Part shown: one piece after another, positions 1-11,811 of the stretch
Layout: each line of letters begins with the position of its first letter
Numbering within the stretch: position 1 is the first letter of the stretch
NCBI GenBank assembly: GCA_002269645.1
Contig: NIVC01000978.1
Location: 310,001-374,000 of the forward strand
Direction: 5' to 3'
Length of the DNA stretch: 64,000 bases
From: Macrostomum lignano
Lineage: Eukaryota
The notes under the pieces: model-generated
Seen by the model: only the letters and a program-made list of their open reading frames with translations
The model's database searches: none
What the model was told of the DNA's origin: nothing
Made by a program: the position numbers and the translations under genes

Positions 1-352
1 CAAGGCGCCTGAGCAGCCTGCTGTTGTTGCGGCTCCTCTGCCCACGGCGGCTGCCACCAAGCGCAGCGTCCATCCGGCGGCCTCTCGTAGCTGCCAGCAG
101 CCGCAAAAAGCGGCAGCCACGAGCGAAGAATGCGGTGGCAGCGGCGGCAGCGGCGTTGTTTATCGACGCCTGCTGCGCTGCAGCATGAACACTCCTGCCG
201 TCAGCGAGTCGTTAATGGACATTGGAGTCGATGCTACCAGCACCCCGTCGCCTAGGAAGCAGCCGATGCTGCGACAGAATGCTGCTGTGAGCACTGTTTA
301 TCTATACTGTCTGTCTGTCTGTCTGTCTGTCTGTCTTTCTGTTTATCTATAC

Positions 353-385
<33 letters not shown>

Positions 386-405
386 GCCTTTCTGTTTATC
401 TATAC

Positions 406-480
<75 letters not shown>

Positions 481-490
481 TTATCTATAC

Positions 491-525
<35 letters not shown>

Positions 526-535
526 TTATCTATAC

Positions 536-586
<51 letters not shown>

Positions 587-612
587 TTGTCTGTCTTTCT
601 GTTTATCTATAC

Positions 613-647
<35 letters not shown>

Positions 648-686
648 TTATCTATACTGTCTGTATGTCTGTCTGTTTATCTATAC

Positions 687-745
<59 letters not shown>

Positions 746-828
746 TTGTCTGTCTTTCTGTTTATCTATACTGTCTGTCTGTCTGTCTGTCTTTCTGCTT
801 ATCTATACTGTCTGTCTGTCTGTCTGCC

Positions 829-873
<45 letters not shown>

Positions 874-940
874 TTCTGCTTATCTATACTGTCTGTCTGT
901 CTGTCTGCCTGTCTGTCTGTCTGTCTGTCTGTTTATCTAT

Positions 941-971
<31 letters not shown>

Positions 972-1679
972 TTCTATACTGTCTGTCTGCCTGATGCCCA
1001 AATGTCACACTGGTTGCTAATCTCATTGCAGCCCGAGCAACAGCAGCAGCCGCAGGAAACTGCAATTAACAGCAATCCACCCGTAGTTGTTATTGACAAC
1101 AGTGCCAATGACAGAAATAGCAGCAAGAACAAAGGCAATAGCACCAATCGTAGCAACTCAGACAAGCCAGCAGGTTCAGGTAACAACAACAACAACAACA
1201 ACAACAGCAGCAGCAGTAGCAGCATCAGCTCGGATGGCATCAGCTCAGATCCCGACGATGTCCAGGTTGTCCAGAGCTCGCCAAATGCCTCGTCAGCGGT
1301 GGCCGCCAGACCCGGCGCCAGCCGTCGCCCAGTCCTGGACCTGTCGCAGGAGATGCGCGGCCGATTCACCAGCTCCGCCTCCTCAGTCAGGCAGCGCCGG
1401 CCTTGGAACGAGCGCGACTCGTTTCTGCTATACATCGGGCACGCGCGCTACGGATCTGACTGGGTGAACATTCGCAACCGGCTGCTGAGCCACGCCGCTC
1501 GCACCAATGTCCAGATTAAAGATCGCTGGCGCAATATGCTGAATCGCAACATCCCAGGCAGAATCAGCCGCCGCCTGCGGCAATTGGGATTTAGCGATGA
1601 GGACATCCGAGCTGTTGAAATTGAGGACCTGATGGAGCAGCTGCGTTCCGACTTGGATTTGCGCTCCATCTTTCTGTGA
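1..1679 (+). CDS. Telomeric repeat-binding factor-like (telobox Myb) protein, 5'-partial; exons <1-286 and 1032-1679
   Basis: Frame open from nt 2; GTGAGC donor at 287, TTGCAG acceptor ending 1031, both phase 0. C-terminal RRPWNERD..LYIGHARYGSDW..I......RTNVQIKDRWRNM matches the TRF1/TRF2 telobox Myb signature (RT.V.LKDRWR.M). Confidence 0.8.
296..990. repeat. (TCTG)n microsatellite interrupted by TTTATCTATAC units, filling the TRF-like intron
   Basis: Directly visible; source of the spurious VCLS ORFs. Confidence 0.97.
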
Positions 1680-3065
1680 CTTGAAGATCAGTTCAGCGTA
1701 CTGGTCATTAGACTCCATGCTTGCGGGACGTGTTTGTTTTGTGTTTGGTTCTGTAGTGTTCAAATTTTCCAAAATATATATGCTATCCATACTATAATAC
1801 ATTGTTGCATTTACCTGTCTGACTTGCGAGACAGGTGTGGCCATTGACAGCACACTCAAATTTCTGACTTAGAGGCCAGCAAACCTAGGATTCGACCAGA
1901 GAATATCGAGTTTAAACTCAGTGTCTATGGCCAAACAGTAGAGTACCGGAAGGAACGAAAATCGGCTTCACTTTAGACCTCTCTCCTCTCTATTGTCATT
2001 CTACGCGTATGTATACTTGATATTCTCTGGATTCGATAGCCAAACTTATCAACAAAACATCGATATCAACATTTTATGTAGAAGATAATGCAACCCGTTA
2101 AAAGGCATGCGTTATCTCACTTGAATTCCTTCCTTTTCTAGGATTCAACCTAATACTCGTAAATTCCGGAACATGTGACGTTTGTCTATGGCACTGCATT
2201 GCGTTGTTAAGGGGGCGGTGAGCCCCCACATATCAAATCTCTTCATATGAAAGTAGTCAAAAAAATATTGGTCGTCTATGGCCTCACCCTAGATACTAGT
2301 CTGTGTGCCACTAGCATAGTGCCGCTTTTTCTAATGCTTTTAATTATTCTCATGTTTCTAAGAGTTTCGGCGTGAAACTATTCGAGGAGGACGTACATCA
2401 TAGAATCTTTGTCTATGTTTTATGAGATTAAGCATGCCTTGTTTAATCTGGTACACACAATTAAAAGTTGCGTGTTGTCTATGGCCGAACCTGTCTTTAT
2501 TCTATTTGCTTCTTAACTCGTCACAAGCGCGTCACGTGAGCTGTAGAATCGTATTAGCGCTTAACTTTTGCTAGAGATGTGACTCATGCATCAATGCGCT
2601 TCAAATCAGTGACTCAGTGACACAACTCAGTGACTCTACAGGGACTCTAGCACGCCTCAGATACGATTCAACGGTCCCAGGGTCACTTGCCTTGTCCCAG
2701 AGTCGTTTCATAGTTGCAGGCAATAAAACGCTTCAAATTGACTCTCACATTTTTAGTGACTTTCACAGGGACATCTTGTCATTTTAGAGTCGTCTAGAGT
2801 TACTTCTTTCCTATGTTACCTGTGTTATCTGCAAACACTCTAAAACGGCTCTGAGTCGACAATTCTTGGCCTGGGAACAGTTTTCATTATTTTTTTGTAT
2901 CTATCAGTGTAAAGCGCGTGTTTGTTTAAAAAAATTGTTAAATAAACTTTGTTTCTCATTCATTGTAATCTTGCCAGGTAGTTTCATTTCTAGATAATTC
3001 TTATTTCAATGTATAGAGATGAATTTTATACAAGATAATTTGTATATTAATCCACCCTCAAAAAT

Positions 3066-3885
3066 GTCTGGACACCTCAAAATCCGCCCGAAAGAATCTC
3101 CGGACACCCTAAAATCCCCGGACACCCAAAATCCGCCCGAAAGAATCTCCGGACACCCTAAAATCCCCGGACACCCAAAATCCGCCCGAAAGAATCTCCG
3201 GACACCCTAAAATACCCGGACATCCAAAATCCGCCCGAAAGAATCTCCGGACACCCTAAAATCCCCGGACACCCAAAATCCGCCCAAAAGAATCTCCGGA
3301 CACCCTAAAATCCCCGGACACCCAAAATCCGCCCGAAAGAATCTCCGGACACCCTAAAATACCCGGACATCCAAAATCTGCCCGAAAGAATCTCCGGACA
3401 CCCTAAAATCCCCGGACACCCAAAATCCGCCCAAAAGAATCTCCGGACACCCTAAAATCCCCGGACACCCAAAATCCGCCCGAAAGAATCTCCGGACACC
3501 CTAAAATACCCGGACATCCAAAATCTGCCCGAAAGAATCTCCGGACACCCTAAAATCCCCGGACACCCAAAATCCGCCCAAAAGAATCTCCGGACACCCT
3601 AAAATCCCCGGACACCCAAAATCCGTCCGGAGAAATCTCCGGACATCCCAGAATCCGCCCGAAAGAATCTCCGGACATCCCAGAATCCGCCCGAAAGAAT
3701 CTCCGGACATCCCAGAATCCGCCCGAAAGAATCTCCGGACATCCCAGAATCCGCCCGAAAGAATCTCCGGACATCCCAGAATCCGTCCGAAAGAATCTCC
3801 GGACATCCCAGAATCCGTCCGAAAGAATCTCCGGACATCCCAGAATCCGCCGGAAAGAATCTTCAGACATCCAAGAATCCGCCCC
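3066..3885. repeat. Composite minisatellite: 49-bp unit (17+32) changing to a 32-bp unit at ~3640
   Basis: AAAATCCCCG recurs at 3111 and 3160 (period 49); CCGGACATCC recurs at 3639 and 3671 (period 32). Confidence 0.95.
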
Positions 3886-4025
3886 AAGTGTCGGTCCTTT
3901 AGAGTGGCCTCATAGTTTTTATGTAAAAAAGCTGGATTAGGCATTGAATCTCACAGAGCTTCCATTGCAACATTCGCTTCGAAAAAAACTTCTTTCATGC
4001 AGAAATTAACTGACAGCTACTTAGC

Positions 4026-5575
4026 ATGGCATTCTGGAAGAAGCCAACAGTGCAGGAACAGATGCGGGCCAACGATCGGGAGCTGAAGAAGACCCAGCGA
4101 GATCTGGAACGCGACCGGGGCCATCTGGAGCGCGAGGAGAAACGCATCGAAGGAGAGATTAAAAAAGCAGCAAAGCAGGGCAACAAGGAGGCCTGCTCGG
4201 TGCTGGCGAAACAGCTGGTCCGCCTGCGGCAGCAGAAGACCCGCAGCTATGCTATGGGCAGCAAAGTGTCCGCTGTTGGCACTCAACAGAAAGTGATGGG
4301 CGCCAATTTGAAAATGGCCGACGCTATGAAGACCACGACAAAGACTATGGGCCAGATGAATAAAGCGATGTCGCCGGAGGACACCATGAAAACTATGCGT
4401 CAGTTTCAGGAGTCCAACATGAAGATGGAGATGTCCGAGGAGACTATGAACGAAGCTTTGGACGACATTTTTGCCGGCTCGGATGATGAAGCTGAGCAGG
4501 ATAAGGTGAGAGGCTGGACTGTGATCCACAGTGATCCCATAGGATTATTAGCAATAGTTTCATGTTTATCCTATTAGATTTCATATTTATCCCAATTGAA
4601 AGTCCATATTTATACCTATTCAAAATTCATATTTATCCCGATTTGGAATCCATATTTATCCTTATTCAGTGAAGAGTTTATATGATGGGTGGTGATGAGT
4701 CACTCAATAACTCCCTACGTCCGAAACGTAACGGATAACTCAATTCAAATCAATAATCCTCTAGGAATGTATCCTAGGAAACAAGGAGGCCTTTCTCAAG
4801 TGTGTCGACAATAAGTGGCTCTCGTAAACTCAATTAATCAACTTAATTATTAGCGCTAGTAACAAATAACTAAATCGGGTAAACGCTTACGAATCGGTCC
4901 GGATTTCTTCTCTCAGAGATGGGTCTTCTCAGTATTCCAAGATATTCCTTAAGACCGCTCCGAGTCTGAAGGGGTCATGCATGTTTGATCATTTCCATAT
5001 ATGGAATTAAGCAAATACAACTCCCGAGAACCGGTTCCTTGATCAAATAAACGTCGGTCCTACGTAGGGCTCTGAGTCACTTCTGTTTGCACGTGACTCA
5101 TTCTAAAAATAGAATTTATAAAAATAGATATGACTCATAATGACTCATTCTAAAAATAGAATTTATAAAAATAGATATGACTCATAATGACTCATTCTAA
5201 AAATAGAATTTATAAAAATAGATATGACTCATCATTACTCTTTCTAAAAATAGATTGCGAGTTTAAATTAATTTTATTAGAATATTATATCAGGTAGTGC
5301 GTTCTGATATGATTTACAGTTCTCTACATCAGAATCCATATTTATCCCACTCAAAATCGAGTTCCCAATCATATTGCACATGACTCCCACACCCATCAAC
5401 CAACTCCCGCCAGGTAGTGGCCCAAGTCCTAGATGAAATCGGCATCGACATGAATGCTCAGATGTCCAAGGCGCCGTCTACGTCGACAGCAACGCCAAGG
5501 GCAGCCGCAGCCTCATCTAGCAAAGACGATGACGAAGAGATGCTGAAAAGGCTAGCCGGACTCTCCGCACCTTGA
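4026..5575 (+). CDS. CHMP2B: ESCRT-III subunit CHMP2B; exons 4026-4505, 5414-5575
   Basis: GNKEACSVLAKQLV, KMEMSEETMNEALDDIFAGSDDE|VVAQVLDEIGI match CHMP2B; phase-0 GTGAG...CCAG intron; AATAAA near 5730. Confidence 0.93.
5094..5250. repeat. 47-bp tandem repeat, ~3 copies, in the CHMP2B intron
   Basis: TGACTCATTCTAAAAATAG at 5094, 5141 and 5188. Confidence 0.9.
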
Positions 5576-6180
5576 GAACAGTGTTTTTGCTCGATTGACT
5601 CAGGTCTAGAAGCAAAGGCTGCCTTTTCAAATCAATATTTTGTATAAATTTAAATAGCAATTTACCTTTTGTCTGTTATAAGTAGTATTGAGCATAAATC
5701 CGCGCGATTTTCGGTCGGAAAGAATTCTAAATAAAAGCAGCCTTTGCGCCGTTTTCTAACCAAAACACATAACTGCTCGCAACCTGCTGATGGTGGTGTA
5801 GAATATTTAATAAAATCTGTGATTTCATGTTTCACTATCATTTATTCTCACTCAGTAAGCGGGTGTCTGAGTCCAATTAAACTAAATCTATCCGGATGTG
5901 AATGTGACATACTTCTGCTATTTGCTGTCTAAAGTGAATGGTTCAAATTTCAAGTGAGTCCCTGTCTTGTGTTTGTAGCAAAATATTTATTCTGTTCAAT
6001 ATTTACTTACTCTGTTTGCCACTGCTTTTTCAATAATAATTTTGCCCCATCATTTTATTCAGACTAAAATAAGTGCATTGCTTTAAGAGATCAGTTTTAT
6101 AAAAATTATCGTACAGTTTTATTAACTTCTTTCTATTTTAAATCAGGTTTATAACGTGTACTCGATTGAAAAAGTTTGAT

Positions 6181-8075
6181 AGATTAGCAATATATTCTAT
6201 TCCTTCAGTGATGTTGGCTAGATTAGCAATCCATTCTATTCCTTAATTGATGTTGGCTAGATTAGCAATCCATTCTATCCCTTCATTGATGTTGGCTAGA
6301 TTAGCAATCCATTCTATTCCTTCATTGATGTTGGCTAGATTAGCAATCCATTCTATTCCTTCAGTGATGTTGGCTAGATTAGCAATCCATTCTGTTCCTT
6401 CATTGATGTTGGCTAGATAAGAAATCCATTCTATTCCTTCAGTGATGTTGGCTAGATAAGAAATCCATTCTATTCCTTCATTGATGTTGGCTAAATTAGC
6501 AATCCATTCTATTCCTTCAGGGATGTTGGCTAGATAAGAAATCCATTCTATTCCTTCATTGATGTTGGCTAAATTAGCAATCCATTCTATTCCTTCATTG
6601 ATGTTGGCTAGATTAGCAATCCATTCTATTCCTTCATTGATGTTGGCTAAATTAGCAATCCATTCTATTCCTTCATTGATGTTGGCTAAATTAGCAATCC
6701 ATTCTATTCCTTCATTGATGTTGGCTAGATAAGAAATCCATTCTATTCCTTCATTGATGTTGGCTAAATTAGCAATCCATTCTATTCCTTCAGGGATGTT
6801 GGCTAGATTAGCAATCCATTCTATTCCTTCATTGATGTTGGCTAAATTAGCAATCCATTCTATTCCTTCATTGATGTTGGCTAGATAAGAAATCCATTCT
6901 ATTCCTTCATTGATGTTGGCTAAATTAGCAATCCATTCTATTCCTTCAGGGATGTTGGCTAGATTAGCAATCCATTCTATTCCTTCATTGATGTAGGCTA
7001 GATAAGCAATCCATTCTATTCCTTCAGGGATGTTGGCTAGATTAGCAATCCATTCTATTCCTTTAGTGATGTTGGCTAGATTAGCAATCCATTCTATTCC
7101 TTCAGGGATGTTGGCTAGATTAGCAATCCATTCTATTCCTTCAGTGATGTTGGCTAGATAAGCAATCCATTCTATTCCTTCAGTAATGTAGGCTAGATTT
7201 GCAATCCATTCTATTCATTCAGTGATGTTGGCTAGATTAGCAATCCATTCTATTCCTTCAGGGATGTTGGCTAGATTAGCAATCCATTCTATTCCTTTAG
7301 TGATGTTGGCTAGATTAGCAATCCATTCTATTCCTTCAGGGATGTTGGCTAGATTAGCAATCCATTCTATTCAATCAGTGATGTTGGCTAGATTAGCAAT
7401 CCATTCTATTTCTCCATTGATGTTTGCTAGATCAGCAATTCAATCTATTCCTTAATTGATGTTGGCTAGATTAGCAATCCATTCTTAATTCCCTCAGTGA
7501 TGTTGGCTAGATTAGCAATCCATTCTATTCCTTAATTGATGTTGGCTAGATTAGCAATCCATTCTTAATTCCCTCAGTGATGTTGGCTAGATTAGCAATC
7601 CATTCTATTCCTTCATTGATGTTGGCTAGATTAGCAATCCATTCTAAATTCCTTCAGTGATGTTGGCTAGATTAGCAATCCATTCTATTCCTTCATTGAT
7701 GTTGGCTAGATTAGCAATCCATTCTATTCCTTTAGTGATGTTGGCTAGATTAGCAATCCATTCTATTCCTTCATTGATGTTGGCTAGATTAGCAATCCAT
7801 TCTATTCCTTCATTGATGTTGGCTAGATTAGCAATCCATTCTAAATTCCTTCAGAGATGTTGGCTAGATTAGCAATCCATTCTATTCCTTCATTGATGTT
7901 GGCTAGATTAGCAATCCATTCTATTCCTTTAGTGATGTTGGCTAGATTAGCAATCCATTCTATTCCTTCATTGATGTTGGCTAGATTAGCAATCCATTCT
8001 ATTCCTCCAGTGATGTTGGCTAGATTAGCAATCCATTCTATTCCTCCATCAGTGATGGCTACATTAGCAATCCAT
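6181..8075. repeat. 39-bp minisatellite, ~48 copies, between CHMP2B and CIAO1
   Basis: Unit TGATGTTGGCTAGATTAGCAATCCATTCTATTCCTTCA(T/G); period 39 (6181, 6220). Confidence 0.97.
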
Positions 8076-8158
8076 TTTACTTCACGAATGTTACCTAGAA
8101 TTTTTTTCCTGAAAATATATTAGGAAAAAATACTTGTAACGTGGTACTCACCCCGCAG

Positions 8159-8741
8159 GCCTCAGTAGTATCATTAGCGCAGACCCTAGACGGCCACTCG
8201 GACAGGGTGTGGTGCGTCGCTTGGTCACCCGACGGCCGATTGTTGGCCACCTGCGGCGGGGATAAAACTATTCGCCTGTGGCAGTGCGAGCTGAGCACAG
8301 ATCAGAGCAACAACAGGCGCTTGAGTCACTGCGACACCCTGAGTGGCGAGCACCACCGAACTATTCGATCTGTCGCCTTCTCGCCCTGCAGTAGACGATT
8401 GGCCTGCGGCAGCTTCGATGCAACTATTACAGTTTATAGCAGGCAGGACGGCGAGGTTGGGAGTCGATTCGAATCCGTGGCCAAGCTGGAGGGTCACGAG
8501 AACGAGGTCAAGGACGTGGCCTGGTCCCCGTCGGGTCACTATCTGGCCACGTGCGGACGGGACAAGAGTCTGTGGGTGTGGGAAAGTGAGTTTTCTCGCC
8601 TGCGTTCGTGTTGCTTCAATGAATTTTTCGCTACATATCGGCTGGCTAGTCTATTGGTTGAGAATGATTGGATTGATTGAGACAGACAGGCAGACAGACA
8701 GACAGACAGACAGACAGACAGGCAGACAGACAGACAGACAA

Positions 8742-8772
<31 letters not shown>

Positions 8773-9437
8773 TGCAGACAGGCAGGCAGACAGACAGACA
8801 AACAAACAGACAGACAGACAGACAGACAGGCATTAGGACAGACAGGCAGACAGACAGACAGACAGACAGACAGACAGGCAGACAGACAGACAAACAAACA
8901 GACGCGCATTTGCCCTATCGAATGTACTTATCAGATTATTTATTAGCTAAGCTAATCTTTTCAAATTTTTGCAGTGGACGACGACTCGGACTTTCAGTGC
9001 CTGAGCGTCACTCAGCCGCACAGTCAGGACATCAAATGCGTGGTCTGGCATCCACAGTCCGAGGTGAGCATCTGCTTTTTCTGTTTTAGTGTCTGTCTGT
9101 CTCTGTGTCTGTCTGCCTGTCTGTCTGTCTGCCTGCCTGTCTGTCTGTCTGTCTATCTGTCTTAGTTTGTTTGTCTGTCTGTCTGTCTGTCTGTCTATCT
9201 GTCTGTCTGTCTGTCTGCCTGCCTGTCTGTCTGTCTGTCTATCTGTCTTAGTTTGTTTGTCTGTCTGTCTGTCTGTCTGTCTATCTGTCTTAGTTTGTTT
9301 GTCTGTCTGTCTATCTGTCTGTCTGTCTGTCTGCCTGCCTGTCTGTCTGCCTGTCTGTCTGCCTGCCTGCCTGTCTGTCTGTCTGTCTGTCTGCCTGTCT
9401 GTCTATCTGTCTTAGTTTGTCTGTCTGTCTTAGTGTA

Positions 9438-9506
<69 letters not shown>

Positions 9507-11259
9507 CACCTGTCCGCCCCTTTACCGCCAGATCCTGGCCACGGCCAGCTACGATGACACGCTGAAGCTACACCGAGAGGACGGCGACGACTGGTGCAGC
9601 TTCGCCACCCTGTCCGGCCACGAGTCCACGGTGTGGCGGGCGGCCTTCAGCCCGGACGGCAAGCGGCTGGCTTCGTGTAGCGCAGATCGAACTCTGCGCG
9701 TCTGGTCAGCGGCTGGCGCGCCTATGGATGGTCCGACAACCTGGCGGTGCGAGGCAACGCTGACGGGCGGACACGAGCTGCCGATTTTCTCTTGCAGCTG
9801 GTGGGTTCCAGCTACTTTTAGTTTATGGTTATTTCCTGGAAAGAATACTGAATTGGTATCTGTCTGTTCATTCTGTGGGTATCTTTTCTTACGCTGGATA
9901 TCTAGCGTCTATAGGTCTCTGGTCTCTCTGCAGATTTCTACTCTCTTTGCAGGTATCTATTCTCTATGCAAGTGTCTACTGTCTAGCCTCTCCTCGGCTG
10001 TCTACTCCATATCTACAGTTATCTACTCTCTATCTACAGTTATCTACTCCCTATCTACAGTTATCTACTCTCTATCTACAGTTATCTACTCCCTATCTAC
10101 AGTTATCTACTCTCTATCTACAGTTATCTACTCCCTATCTACAGTTATCTACTCTCTATCTACAGTTATCTACTCCCTATCTACAGTTATCTGCTCTCTA
10201 TCTGCAGTTATCTACTCCCTATCTACAGTTATCTACTCTCCATCTACAGTTATCTACTCTCCATCTACAGTTATCTACTCTCCATCTACAGTTATCTACT
10301 TCCTATCTACAGTTATCTACTTCCTATCTACAGTTATCTACTCCCTATCTACAGTTACCTACTCCCTATCTACAGTTATCTACTCTCTATCTACAGTTAT
10401 CTACTCTCCATCTACAGTTATCTACTCTCCATCTACAGTTATCTACTCTCCATCTACAGTTATCTACTTCCTATCTACGGTTATCTACTCTCTATCTACA
10501 GTTATCTACTCCCTATCTACAGTTATCTACTCTCTATCTACAGTTATCTACTCTTTATCTACAGTTATCTACTCCCTATCTACAGTTATCTACTCTCCAT
10601 CTACAGTTATCTACTCTCCATCTACAGTTATCTACTTCCTATCTACAGTTATCTACTCTCCATCTACAGTTATCTACTCTCTATCTACAGTTATCTACTC
10701 TCTATCTACAGTTATCTACTCTCTATCTACAGTTATCTACTCTCTATCTACAGCTATCTACTCTCTATCTACAGTTATCTACTTCCTAGATCTACAGTTA
10801 TCTCCTCTCTATCTACAGTTATCTACTCCCTATCTACAGTTATCTACTCTCTATCTACAGTTATCTACTCCCTATCTACAGTTATCTACTTCCTAGATCT
10901 ACAGTTATCTCCTCTCTATCTACAGTTATCTACTCCCTATCTACAGTTATCTACTCTCTATCTGCAGTTATCTACTCCCTATCTACAGCTATCTCTGCAG
11001 CAACAAACACACTGCTCATTCTCATGCCCCAATCCGCAGGCACCCGTCGCGGGACTGGCTCTTGTCAGCTTCCCAGGACAACTCCATCTGCCTGTGGACA
11101 GCCAACACCGACTCCGGCTGCTGGGATCTCGTCGAACGAGTCGCCGACGCGCACTGCGAAGATGTCAACGATGTGAAATGGCATCCAACAATTGACAACC
11201 TGTTTGTCAGTGTTGGCGACGACTGCCTGGTCAAAGCGTGGACTGTTGACTTTCGCTGA
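8159..11259 (+). CDS. CIAO1: Cytosolic Fe-S assembly WD40 protein CIAO1; exons 8159-8585, 8975-9063, 9532-9800, 11040-11259; initiator ATG not found at the locus
   Basis: [63 protein letters not shown]. Junction phases 1/0/2 are consistent; 1005 nt give 334 aa plus stop. Confidence 0.93.
8680..8901. repeat. (GACA)n microsatellite in CIAO1 intron 1
   Basis: Directly visible. Confidence 0.97.
9090..9506. repeat. (TGTC)n microsatellite in CIAO1 intron 2
   Basis: Directly visible; reverse complement of the intron-1 repeat. Confidence 0.97.
10005..11000. repeat. 21-bp minisatellite (TCTACAGTTATCTACTCYCTA) in CIAO1 intron 3
   Basis: 7-aa periodic spurious ORFs (STVIYSL / YLQLSTL). Confidence 0.96.
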
Positions 11260-11811
11260 TCGCTTCTATGGCGTAGTATTGTTTAATCGTAGTTCCGAGG
11301 TTAGATTAGCAATCCACTATTAGTACCGAGCTATCAAGCATATAGCAACTCGACCTGTTTGAAATGCCTTCTCGATTTGTTGCATAAATTTGCATTCAAT
11401 TTAATTATGATTTGCAAATTTTTAATAAATATATTTTAGCATTGTATTTTGCCAGAATACTACTTGTAGCGTGTCTAAGCGTTTATTTTACAACCAAACT
11501 ATAGTCAGAGGTCGCGAGTTCGATGGTGTCCCTTGATATCTGAATTTGAAATGTATTAGTTGAAATGTATTAGATACATTAGAAATATATTAGTAAAATG
11601 CGATGGGAGACTAATTCAGGGGAGGTCTAGAGAGTCCAGAGTTCGATTCCTAAAGTTGCGTAGTTTCAATATCCGACCAAATACCGTAGCAACTACAATA
11701 GAACTTGATTTTGTACAAAATTGATGCGTTCCCTATAACCTCCTATTCGGTGATTAATATAAAAGTGCAAACCGAAAGTTTCCGAAGACAGACAGACAGA
11801 GGCAACAGAAC

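Noticed and set aside
4692-4968. Box C (GTGATGA) suggesting an intronic C/D snoRNA
   Set aside because: The nearest CTGA box D is ~270 nt away and no terminal stem is seen.
5938-5959. ATG-containing mini-exon ending at the strong GTGAGT donor (5954) as CIAO1 exon 1
   Set aside because: 16 nt gives phase 1, out of frame with the phase-0 acceptor at 8158.
6181-8075. CRISPR-like appearance of the 39-bp and other arrays
   Set aside because: No unique spacers, no cas genes, eukaryotic context.
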